DNA of 32,000 nt from Vulcanisaeta distributa DSM 14429. Its GTDB lineage: Archaea; Thermoproteota; Thermoprotei; Thermoproteales; Thermocladiaceae. A program made the position numbers and the translations under genes. Below the pieces are notes generated by a model. That model did no database searches, had not been told where the DNA came from, and was given only the letters and a program-made list of their open reading frames with translations. Where the stretch lies: NCBI RefSeq assembly GCF_000148385.1, contig NC_014537.1:1410001-1442000 (forward strand), in the 5' to 3' direction. Shown piece after piece: positions 16,818 to 24,848 of this stretch (the first letter of the stretch is position 1; every line of letters begins with the position of its first letter).

Positions 16818-17459
16818 TTGATGTATGATTACGTGATTCATTGCGGGAGGGTTAATGAGGATTCACTGGTTGGTTCATCAATTAAGGAAGTTATCAATTG
16901 GGCAGTGGGTAAGGTAATGAGTAATGAGAAGGCGTTGGTCATAATGGGTGAGTCAGGTAGTGGTAAGACTACGGCGCTACTGGCAATAATGAATAGATTG
17001 AGAAAGTTAGGCATACCTGTGGCCTATGTAAATACATACAACGAGATAGGACTTAAATCAGTAAAGCTCGTTGATTGCCATAATGATGGGAATGCGAGGG
17101 TCCTTCTCATTGATGATGTTGACGCGGCATTTACAGTGCCAAGGATGGCGCAGGGCTTTATTAATAAGGTTCTTGGGTTCAGTGGTACTGTAATCACCAC
17201 GTTAACAATACCACTACTCGTGGGTAATGACTTAGAAATGCTCGAGCCATTGATAAAGTTTTTACACTCAGCGTCGAGAATGGTTATTGAGTATCGTGAG
17301 GAGGACTTAAGGATCCTTGCCCGGAGAATAGGGGTTAATGTTAATTATGTTAAGCCGGCAATGAGAACACCGGGCATGGTACTCAGGAACTTCAGGAAAT
17401 TAGGTAGTGGAGACTCGACAATTAATGATGTACTTAATGATGGTAATGTTGTGCTATAG
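16818..17459 (+). CDS. small stand-alone P-loop NTPase (AAA/ORC-like core), function unknown
   Basis: Walker A is GESGSGKTT and Walker B is VLLIDDVD. There is no ABC signature or other family motif. The likely start is ATG 16821. Confidence 0.7.
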   Translation: MMYDYVIHCGRVNEDSLVGSSIKEVINWAVGKVMSNEKALVIMGESGSGKTTALLAIMNRLRKLGIPVAYVNTYNEIGLKSVKLVDCHNDGNARVLLIDDVDAAFTVPRMAQGFINKVLGFSGTVITTLTIPLLVGNDLEMLEPLIKFLHSASRMVIEYREEDLRILARRIGVNVNYVKPAMRTPGMVLRNFRKLGSGDSTINDVLNDGNVVL

Positions 17460-18392
17460 TATTCCACGGAACTCCTCCCTAGTTCTCTCAATAAGCATCT
17501 CTGAACAATCGAGTATATTTGTACTACCTAAGTCAATTAGGTTTACACCAATACCGTTTATCTTAAAGATCTCAAGGTTAATCCAACTTATTTTTAGAAG
17601 GCTAGGGTTGATGCTGCCTTGAATAGATGATGCCGTAAGTGCATGTTCACCATTTATTAAATACTCAATAGTACTACCCCTCTCATCAAATTTGACGTCG
17701 ATGTACTCCCTGAGTGTGTTAAGGTCATCCCTTAATACGTAAGCTTTGATGTAGGTGTCATTCAATTTATTAATGCTTATTAAGTATTCAGCGGCGTCAA
17801 TGTTTGTGGGAACTCTGTTCAAGCCTTTGGTCAGGAGGTATATGTACGTGTCAGCGAGGATGTCGAGACCTAGATGTGTCGGGTTTATTACGAAATATAT
17901 AGGAAGTGTTATTAAGCCCTCCACCACAATGCTCGTTGGGTTTTCAAACATCTTCTCAAGCGGTATCAATGATCCGCCATCAATGCTCCTTATCTTAACG
18001 TCAATACCGTACTTCCTCATCAACGCCTTATCAAGGTATGTCACCCTCTCCCCCTCGCGTATTGCCTTATCCTTGCACGTCACTGATAATATGCCCTCAT
18101 TGGCGCTTATTGATATGCAGTCGTTGAATTCCGCGTACTTAGTATTGTCAATAGACCAATTATTTATCTTTGCTAAATCAGCCAACAGAGCCACTGAGTC
18201 CTCCGTAATTATGTAATCGATATTCTTGCCATCAACCCTATAATCATAGGCATTGTATGGATATAGATTGATGATGTCCTCAGTACTTAATGACATTAAT
18301 GAACCCTCCCTGATCGCCTTAACTATGAATGCTTCCTTAACCATGTCATTGACAATCCTCTTAATCCTTACTAGGATCTCAAGCGCATTCAT
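17454..18392 (-). CDS. hypothetical protein, 312 aa, no recognisable family
   Basis: A long ORF with protein-like composition in an AT-rich stretch. Its 3' end overlaps the ATPase gene by 6 nt (convergent). Confidence 0.6.
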   Translation of the reverse strand: MNALEILVRIKRIVNDMVKEAFIVKAIREGSLMSLSTEDIINLYPYNAYDYRVDGKNIDYIITEDSVALLADLAKINNWSIDNTKYAEFNDCISISANEGILSVTCKDKAIREGERVTYLDKALMRKYGIDVKIRSIDGGSLIPLEKMFENPTSIVVEGLITLPIYFVINPTHLGLDILADTYIYLLTKGLNRVPTNIDAAEYLISINKLNDTYIKAYVLRDDLNTLREYIDVKFDERGSTIEYLINGEHALTASSIQGSINPSLLKISWINLEIFKINGIGVNLIDLGSTNILDCSEMLIERTREEFRGIL

Positions 18393-18403
18393 TTAATTAA
18401 TGA

Positions 18404-19339
18404 TTGAAATTAAAATTTAAAAACTTATCAACTGATTTTAGCCATCACTACGTTATCAACAAAATTCCTGAACCCAAGTATAACTTATTTAAATTCACAT
18501 TAACTATACTATACGTGGACATCCTAACAATTAGGGAATTCCTTAAGGAGCACATTGACAAGTTATATAGCGAGTTCAGTGCCTACGAACCACTGCTTAG
18601 GATTACGACCAATAAGGCGGTGGTAATTGGGGACCTTCATGGCGATGTCAATACATTACTACGGATAATAGAGCGGTTCCCGCCAGATAATTGGATGTAC
18701 ATAATGCTTGGGGATTACGTGGATAGGGGTGAGCATCAAATAGAGACGTTGTACCTTGCATTAAGGTTATTTCTTGAACATAAGGCTGTGTTATTAAGGG
18801 GTAACCATGAATCACCATTGACTAATTACGAATATGGCTTCTACATAGAGCTATTGAGGAAGTTTGGACCGTACGACGGCGACTCGATTTACGATAGGCT
18901 AAAGGAATTATTCTCACAAATGCCTGTATCGGCAATACTGAATGATAAGTACTTCCTGGTACATGGTGGTTTACCCATAAATAATATTAGTATTGATAAC
19001 ATAGCTAAGTTACCGAAGCCTGATGAGATTCCAAACAATGAAGTAACATTTCAGTTATTATGGAATGACCCATCAGACGACGTTAAATATTATGAACCAA
19101 ATATCATTAGGGGGCCCGGCACTTATGTATTTGGACCAGCATTAACGGAGAGCTTCCTTAATAGTAGTGGATTGAAAATGATTATTCGTGGGCATGAGTA
19201 CACGCCGCAGGGTTATAAATGGAACCATGGAGGTAAAGTGCTTACCGTGTTCTCATCAAGGGCAGGTCCTTACAGTGATACGAGACCTCACGTAGTAGTA
19301 ATCGATAATGATTCATTAAATATAATCGATGTTTCATAG
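18404..19339 (+). CDS. PPP-family serine/threonine protein phosphatase (PP1-arch type)
   Basis: GDLHGD, GDYVDRG, GNHE and HGG metallophosphoesterase motifs are present. The real start is probably GTG 18515, because a TTTAAA box at 18488-18493 lies about 25 nt upstream of it. The first 37 codons of the track ORF are AT-rich promoter-like sequence. Confidence 0.85.
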   Translation: MKLKFKNLSTDFSHHYVINKIPEPKYNLFKFTLTILYVDILTIREFLKEHIDKLYSEFSAYEPLLRITTNKAVVIGDLHGDVNTLLRIIERFPPDNWMYIMLGDYVDRGEHQIETLYLALRLFLEHKAVLLRGNHESPLTNYEYGFYIELLRKFGPYDGDSIYDRLKELFSQMPVSAILNDKYFLVHGGLPINNISIDNIAKLPKPDEIPNNEVTFQLLWNDPSDDVKYYEPNIIRGPGTYVFGPALTESFLNSSGLKMIIRGHEYTPQGYKWNHGGKVLTVFSSRAGPYSDTRPHVVVIDNDSLNIIDVS

Positions 19340-19357
19340 TTTACATTAATGACTTAC

Positions 19358-19408
19358 TCAGTCTGGGGCTTGGCTCAGTCATGGGTCCTAATCAGAGGTG
19401 GTCATCAC
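19358..19408 (-). ncRNA. weaker C/D-box sRNA candidate
   Basis: Minus strand reads GTGATGA (C, 19408-19402) - CCACCTCTGATT (12 nt) - AGGA (degenerate D') - CCC - (A)TGACTGA (imperfect C') - GCCAAGCCCCAGA (13 nt) - CTGA (D, 19361-19358). Length is 51 nt, and the segment is locally GC-richer than the surrounding spacer. Confidence 0.3.
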
Positions 19409-19591
19409 GCATATTCATAATTTATGAAGTGATTTAAATATTATTATCTTAGAATGATTTATAAAGGGGTTCCTTCCCAATAGTGTTGTAAGGCGGTTAC
19501 TACGTCCGAGTCCGAAAGACCGAGAAGGAGAAACTTCCAAAGAGGTAGGGGTAGAGGTCCAAGAGGTCCTAAGCCAGTAAATGTTGGCGAT

Positions 19592-19837
19592 GTGATAGAG
19601 GTAAGCATAGTGGAGACTTCGAAGAGAGGTGATGGCATAGCTAGAGTGAAGGGCTTTGTGATTTTTGTACCTAATACAAAGCCAGGGGATAAGGTTAAGG
19701 TCAAGATAACGAAGATCGGTAGGACATACGCAGTAGCTGAGGTCGCACAGGAAGGTTCCTCAACGACGCAGGAAGTTACTGAGGGTACGGAAGAAGAAAC
19801 TGGGACTGAGGAATTCGGAGAGGGAACGGAGGAATAG
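19592..19837 (+). CDS. TRAM-domain protein with acidic T/E-rich tail
   Basis: VIEVSIVETSKRGDGIARVKGFVIFVPNTKPGDKVKVKITKIGRTYAVAEV is a TRAM beta-barrel pattern. The frame stays open upstream to 19484 and encodes an RG-rich segment with no canonical start (see findings). Confidence 0.8.
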   Translation: MIEVSIVETSKRGDGIARVKGFVIFVPNTKPGDKVKVKITKIGRTYAVAEVAQEGSSTTQEVTEGTEEETGTEEFGEGTEE

Positions 19838-19871
19838 CGTTCTTCCTAACCCGGGTTCATTAAATTAAAAA

Positions 19872-21035
19872 TTATCCGTGAAGTATTCCCTTAAGTATCA
19901 CCTGGGGTCCTTTCAATACTGAGAATTTAATCATGGACATAGGTACTTGGTAATACCAAGCACTTCCACTCATTATTCTCTTAATTAAGTTCCTGGTACT
20001 TGATATGGAGAAGGCACTTATTCCAAGTCTCCCCATCACTAGGTGGTCAATTCCATACGTACCCAGCGATAAGTAGTATGCCAGTGATAAGTTCTTAATT
20101 AATGGCTTAATAATACCTAGATAATTACTTGCGAATTCAACCGGGCTACTTGAATGCCTTAGGGTCAATGCGGCCAATGCGCCACTGTACATTGCGTAAA
20201 AGATGCCCTCGCCAGTGGTTGGGTCGGCAAGCCCAGCCGCATCGCCAACTAGGGCTATGCGTTTAGAGACTATCCTATCACGGGCTTTAATTGGTATAGG
20301 GTGACCGCGTACCTCCCCCTCTCGTAACCCAACATCACTTACATACTTGATTAATTGGGTCCTATAATCACCCCAGCGTATTGAGCCAATACCAACGTCA
20401 TACTCCCCATCACCCCGCGGAAATACCCATGAATAACCCCACTTAATCCTCGTCATATCTATTACACATACATCATTTAGGTAATTACCATGTGCTATGG
20501 TCATGAACGCCATAGCCGTACCCCTCCTTATGTCATTACCCAATTGCCTGGCTATTACGGAATTGGCGCCATCAGCTGCGATCACGTATTTACTTACATA
20601 TGTATCATTCATACCAATGGCATTAACGTACTCCCCATGAACATCAACCCCAACAATTCTATCAACAAGGTAATCAGCACCCATTTCCAAGGCGCTAGAT
20701 AGTAAGTAATTATCGAACTCATCCCTAGAGACTATGCTTATTATTGGGTCATTATCCATTAATAGGAAGGAGCCAGCATTATTAACGATAATAACCCTCT
20801 TACACGTATCTCTAACCACACTATTTAATTCGATACCAAGCCCCTTCAGTAAAGCCACGGATTTCTGCGTTAAACCACCACCGCAAGGTTTAATCCTTGG
20901 AAATCGAAATCTGTCCAGTATCAACACCCTTAAACCGAGTTTTGCAGCTACGTACGCAGCCATGGAACCTGACGGACCTGCGCCAATCACTATTACGTCA
21001 TACATGTTAACCATTCCTACTTTGAAATAAAGCAA
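19872..21035 (-). CDS. geranylgeranyl reductase-family FAD-dependent oxidoreductase
   Basis: YDVIVIGAGPSGSMAAYVAAKLGLRVLILDR is the FAD fold. Also KPCGGG and LVGDAAGLADPTTGEGI. The likely start is Met-11 at 21005. Confidence 0.85.
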   Translation of the reverse strand: MLYFKVGMVNMYDVIVIGAGPSGSMAAYVAAKLGLRVLILDRFRFPRIKPCGGGLTQKSVALLKGLGIELNSVVRDTCKRVIIVNNAGSFLLMDNDPIISIVSRDEFDNYLLSSALEMGADYLVDRIVGVDVHGEYVNAIGMNDTYVSKYVIAADGANSVIARQLGNDIRRGTAMAFMTIAHGNYLNDVCVIDMTRIKWGYSWVFPRGDGEYDVGIGSIRWGDYRTQLIKYVSDVGLREGEVRGHPIPIKARDRIVSKRIALVGDAAGLADPTTGEGIFYAMYSGALAALTLRHSSSPVEFASNYLGIIKPLIKNLSLAYYLSLGTYGIDHLVMGRLGISAFSISSTRNLIKRIMSGSAWYYQVPMSMIKFSVLKGPQVILKGILHG

Positions 21036-21077
21036 GAACTTTAATTCATATACCCTTTTTTCATTAGCTTTACTTGC

Positions 21078-22625
21078 TCATTTACGTGGAATCACTAATC
21101 GGAATCCATATAGGAGAATGATAAGTACACCAGCTACATAAAACATGGTTAATAATTGATCATTCAGTATTAGCACTATTATCGTAGCGGTTAGCATTAG
21201 GACGATCGATAATTCATGGACTAGATCCCTCAGGAATGAATATCTATGGGTCAGGTAACCCTTTGGTGTTGGTATCCACTCCCACTCATCGGTTATTAAT
21301 GATTCTATTGAGTATATGAGCATTGGGAATGACATGAGTATTGTAAGTAATACTGACCTCGCAGCATTCGTAAAGAAATCCCACGTTTTGTAGCCAATAC
21401 TATTACTGATCAACCACAGTACCGTAGCCAATGGCGCCACAGTAAGGGCGTTTAGTGCTTCAAGGAGTAGTATTGGCATTGGTGGAATTAAAACGCCAAT
21501 TACCGAGAGAATTACGGTCGCAAGTATCGATAGCGCCACAAAGGACATGCTTGGAAATTGAAGCATCCAAAGCACGCCATCAATCTTCTCCCATATTGAG
21601 GCATAATCACTCATAATCAGTAACTTCAGGTTATGCTTCATATTCCAAATACTATTAAATAACCACCTACTGAATTGCTTCTTAAATGCCAAATACGTAT
21701 TCGGCACCTCGCTATAAACGTCAGAATCAATTAAACCGATCCTGTAGCCTTTTGATCTTAACCTTATACTAAGGTCAAGATCCTCACCTGTGCATTCGCA
21801 AAATCCGTTGACTGAGTCGAGGACTTTCCTCCAGATAACTAGGTTATTACCTGTTATGGCTGGGAAACCACCACTGAGGAATCTACCCCTAATGAAGACT
21901 TCATTGTAAACGTCATACATGAACTTCAGTAGCCTTGAAATGGCGTTATTAGTTATGTAGTACCCTTTCCACACTGCGGTGACTGCGTCATAACCACTCA
22001 ATAATGCGCTAACAGCCTTTAGCAGGTAATCACTGGGCATTATGGTATCTACATCGAACACCGCGATGACGTCACCCCTCGCATGTTTAATGCCGTAATT
22101 AAGGGCACCACCCTTATACCCTCTATTAATTGTTCTGCGTATTACTTTAACATTTATACCCAACCTAGTGGTAATCGGCGTTATTATCTTTATGAGGCTA
22201 TTTACGTAGTATTCAGGGTCATCACTTATGAATATTACCTCAAACAAATCCTTAGGATAATTAAGTGATGCCATGGTCTGTAGGCTTCGTTCTATTGTTA
22301 GGAAATCCTCATTCTTAATAGGAATAAGTATTGATATGAATGGCAAATTGTGTGCTGATTTATTAATAATTCTTGGCACACCGTTCTTATTGTTATGTGT
22401 TCTCACATACCTTAGACTTACTATGCCGTACCTAACCAGCACCGCTATTTGTATGAGACTTAGTACGAGCATAGCTATCGTTATTACATACGTTATTGAC
22501 AGTATCGTTAATGCCAGTGGAGTTAATGGTCTTGTTAGGATTCCCCAGGGGTATTGGTTCATTATGTACTGCTGGACTACCTGTCTTGTCAATTCCTTAA
22601 TCACGATATACTCGTTATTGCTCAT
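21078..22625 (-). CDS. membrane-embedded processive family-2 glycosyltransferase (cellulose/chitin-synthase-like)
   Basis: ISILIPIKNE, FISDD, VFDVDT, GEDLDLSIRL and the QxxRW motif (KKQFSRW) are present. Multiple N- and C-terminal hydrophobic helices. Confidence 0.85.
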   Translation of the reverse strand: MSNNEYIVIKELTRQVVQQYIMNQYPWGILTRPLTPLALTILSITYVITIAMLVLSLIQIAVLVRYGIVSLRYVRTHNNKNGVPRIINKSAHNLPFISILIPIKNEDFLTIERSLQTMASLNYPKDLFEVIFISDDPEYYVNSLIKIITPITTRLGINVKVIRRTINRGYKGGALNYGIKHARGDVIAVFDVDTIMPSDYLLKAVSALLSGYDAVTAVWKGYYITNNAISRLLKFMYDVYNEVFIRGRFLSGGFPAITGNNLVIWRKVLDSVNGFCECTGEDLDLSIRLRSKGYRIGLIDSDVYSEVPNTYLAFKKQFSRWLFNSIWNMKHNLKLLIMSDYASIWEKIDGVLWMLQFPSMSFVALSILATVILSVIGVLIPPMPILLLEALNALTVAPLATVLWLISNSIGYKTWDFFTNAARSVLLTILMSFPMLIYSIESLITDEWEWIPTPKGYLTHRYSFLRDLVHELSIVLMLTATIIVLILNDQLLTMFYVAGVLIILLYGFRLVIPRK

Positions 22626-22670
22626 TACGTAATGCCAAGTAGTAAATAAGACCCTTAATTTGTGTTTCTC

Positions 22671-23309
22671 TCACCTCTCCACGAGCTCCTGAAGTCTCGA
22701 TAATGCATGTTTATAATCCATGGAGAGAACAAGTAACTCGGAATCACCGTACTTGGATAACAATCCTTTATCGAGTAATTCCTTAATACTATCCTTAACA
22801 CCCTTACTCATCAACAATGCGTAAAGCGCTATTATCCTCTTAGCCTGTGCTGAAACCTCGGCATCAATTAATTCATTATAAATCCTAGAAATGTCCTCAG
22901 CGAGCTTTATTAAGTCCTCAAGCTTAACATCACCTACAACCCTTATCTTAGAACCATCCAATTCCGCATTTATGCCCTTAATCTGTAGTAGGTCGATTAT
23001 TAAGTCGATGGGTATGGCGGCACTAAGCCTAGCCTTACTAAGTATTAATGACACATCATATGCGCGGGTGCCGAATTTACCCCTCATTAATTTAATATCA
23101 TTATATACACGCTTAATCTCCATGGAGTAAAGTTCAACTTCATGGGGCTCACCCTGTATTGAAACCCAAACCCTAACGCCGCTGCCGGTATCGTACCGAA
23201 TAAGTAACTCCTTACTCTTAATCTTACTGGTGAGCATTTCCATAAATGTCAATGCCTCGTTCACATTATTGAATGTGAATACGAACTCCCTGCGCACTAT
23301 TGATCGCAT
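22671..23309 (-). CDS. hypothetical protein, 212 aa
   Basis: Track ORF with protein-like composition. No motif recognised. Confidence 0.6.
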   Translation of the reverse strand: MRSIVRREFVFTFNNVNEALTFMEMLTSKIKSKELLIRYDTGSGVRVWVSIQGEPHEVELYSMEIKRVYNDIKLMRGKFGTRAYDVSLILSKARLSAAIPIDLIIDLLQIKGINAELDGSKIRVVGDVKLEDLIKLAEDISRIYNELIDAEVSAQAKRIIALYALLMSKGVKDSIKELLDKGLLSKYGDSELLVLSMDYKHALSRLQELVER

Positions 23310-23327
23310 TATGACTCAGGCAATGGG

Positions 23328-24761
23328 TTATAAGGTTTTGGTGTCAGGTAATACCGAGACTACTACGTGATAAGGCATGCTATAGACCTTCGCTATCTCG
23401 CTCTCTATTTCAGTGGCGACATTATGAGCCTCAGTAACACTCATGCTTTGCGGCAGATATACCAGGATTCGCATGGCACTTATACCCCCAGCCTCAACAA
23501 TATTAATATCACCAACACGGCCACCATACTTAGAGCAAACGGCATTAACGGCCTTCCTTACCTCATCAATATTTATGGCCCTTTTATCAGGCTCTAGATG
23601 AATCCAAACCAGGGCATTGGGTATTTCCTGCTTTACCTTACTTTCTACTTCATTTACAGCCTTATTAATATCGCTTAACTTAGCGTCGCTCCTAACGACC
23701 ATGTGCATACTGACTACTACGCCATTTTGCGACTCCAATATGTTTAACTCGTGGATATTGGTGATTAACGGGTTCCTAACACTAGCGAGAGCCCTTTCTA
23801 CCCTTTCACGAAGCTCGGGTTCTACGTGAACCATGACTATTGATGGACCAACCTCACGTTTTATTGCAGATTCCACATTATCAGCAATATTATGGGCCTC
23901 AGCAATACTTAGGTGGTCGGACACCCCTATCGTTACCTCTATATGCGCCATTGAACCAATCCTCCTAGCCTTAATGTCCTTCACGGAGACAACGCCCTGT
24001 ACTGACTTAGTGACATTAGCGACTCTTCTGATGAGCTCCTCAGATGTCTTATCCATTAGTTCGTCAATTGATGTTCTCATTATACGTGCGCCAATTACCG
24101 AGAAGTAGATGACTATGGCAAAGGCAATTAAAGAGTCAAGCAATGCACCCCACTCATCAAATAACCCAATACTTAGTCTCTCCATTAATAATCCGATGAT
24201 CATAAGGGCAATGACGGAGGTCTCAATAGCAACATCACTCAGGAAGTGGTAGGAGTCAGCCTCAAGGGCTCTGCTGTTCCACTTAACTGCCGCCCTCCTT
24301 AATGCCCTTGATCTATTTACGTCAATAGCTATTGCTATCGCCATAACGATTATAGCCACCATATCTGGAGTAAATGGCGTCCTCATCATTATGCGCTCGG
24401 CGCTCTCATAACCAATGAGTATGCCAGCCACGATTATGAATAAGGAACCAAAGAGCCCGCCAATGCTCTCAGCCTTACCATGACCAAACGGGTGTTCCTT
24501 ATCAGGTGGTTTAGAACCGACACTAACGGCTATTAACGTGATTGTTGTTACGAGGATATCGAGAAACGTGTGCATTGACTCGGCAAGAACTGCAAGGGAG
24601 TTCGTAAGTAGCCATGCCGTGATGTTCATGACCGTTATTAACACTGACGCTAACAATGAAAATAATGCAACTCTCGTCTTCTCGTTACTCATATATGTGT
24701 AAAGGCTTCTCATGCTTACCTCACTATCCTGTGAATCACTAATTAACCTATCTTTATGCAT
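23328..24761 (-). CDS. cation diffusion facilitator (CDF) metal efflux transporter with three tandem C-terminal cytoplasmic domains
   Basis: The six-helix TMD carries HTFLD (TM2) and HFLSD (TM5) metal-site motifs. These are followed by three roughly 76-aa repeats of the CDF cytoplasmic-domain pattern, ending in VHVEPE, IHLEPD and VSVLPD. Confidence 0.9.
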   Translation of the reverse strand: MHKDRLISDSQDSEVSMRSLYTYMSNEKTRVALFSLLASVLITVMNITAWLLTNSLAVLAESMHTFLDILVTTITLIAVSVGSKPPDKEHPFGHGKAESIGGLFGSLFIIVAGILIGYESAERIMMRTPFTPDMVAIIVMAIAIAIDVNRSRALRRAAVKWNSRALEADSYHFLSDVAIETSVIALMIIGLLMERLSIGLFDEWGALLDSLIAFAIVIYFSVIGARIMRTSIDELMDKTSEELIRRVANVTKSVQGVVSVKDIKARRIGSMAHIEVTIGVSDHLSIAEAHNIADNVESAIKREVGPSIVMVHVEPELRERVERALASVRNPLITNIHELNILESQNGVVVSMHMVVRSDAKLSDINKAVNEVESKVKQEIPNALVWIHLEPDKRAINIDEVRKAVNAVCSKYGGRVGDINIVEAGGISAMRILVYLPQSMSVTEAHNVATEIESEIAKVYSMPYHVVVSVLPDTKTL

Positions 24762-24764
24762 GCT

Positions 24765-24787
24765 CTAATTCGATAACTAATTCGATA
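24765..24787. promoter_or_regulatory. tandem 11-bp direct repeat CTAATTCGATA x2 between TATA box and CDF start
   Basis: The two copies at 24765-24775 and 24777-24787 are identical. TTTATAAA at 24792-24799 lies about 31-38 nt upstream of the minus-strand ATG at 24761. Confidence 0.3.
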
Positions 24788-24815
24788 TCAGTTTATAAAG
24801 CTAACTTCAGGAGAA

Positions 24816-24848
24816 GGGTTTATTAACCCCAACTTTAGGGTAACCCTA
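24816..24848. promoter_or_regulatory. two GGGT..ACCC palindromes over the putative TATA box and start of the downstream transporter gene
   Basis: GGGTT-TATT-AACCC lies at 24816-24829 and overlaps TTTATTAA. The perfect 13-bp palindrome TAGGGT-A-ACCCTA at 24836-24848 abuts ATG 24849. Confidence 0.3.

Noticed and set aside
17755-18216. 153-aa ORF antisense to the 312-aa unknown gene
   Set aside because: Its composition (S/L/F/I-rich with few charged residues) looks non-protein-like, while the minus-strand ORF is twice as long and has balanced composition. Neither has a recognisable family, so this rejection is less certain than the other two shadow ORFs.
19392-19400. The 9-mer TCAGAGGTG is shared on the plus strand by the guide region of the 4739-4787 sRNA (4775-4783) and the 19358-19408 candidate. 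The two guides would therefore be complementary to each other.
   Set aside because: One 9-mer match for a 12-nt query in 64 kb of two-strand sequence is about what chance predicts (4 windows x 64000/262144). I do not build a hypothesis on it, although it would be worth rechecking if both RNAs are confirmed.
19738-19837. Imperfect direct repeats GAGGGTACGGAAGAA / GAGGGAACGGAGGAA at the 3' end of the TRAM gene
   Set aside because: They are explained by the acidic T/E/G-rich low-complexity tail (EGTEEETGTEEFGEGTEE) of the protein.
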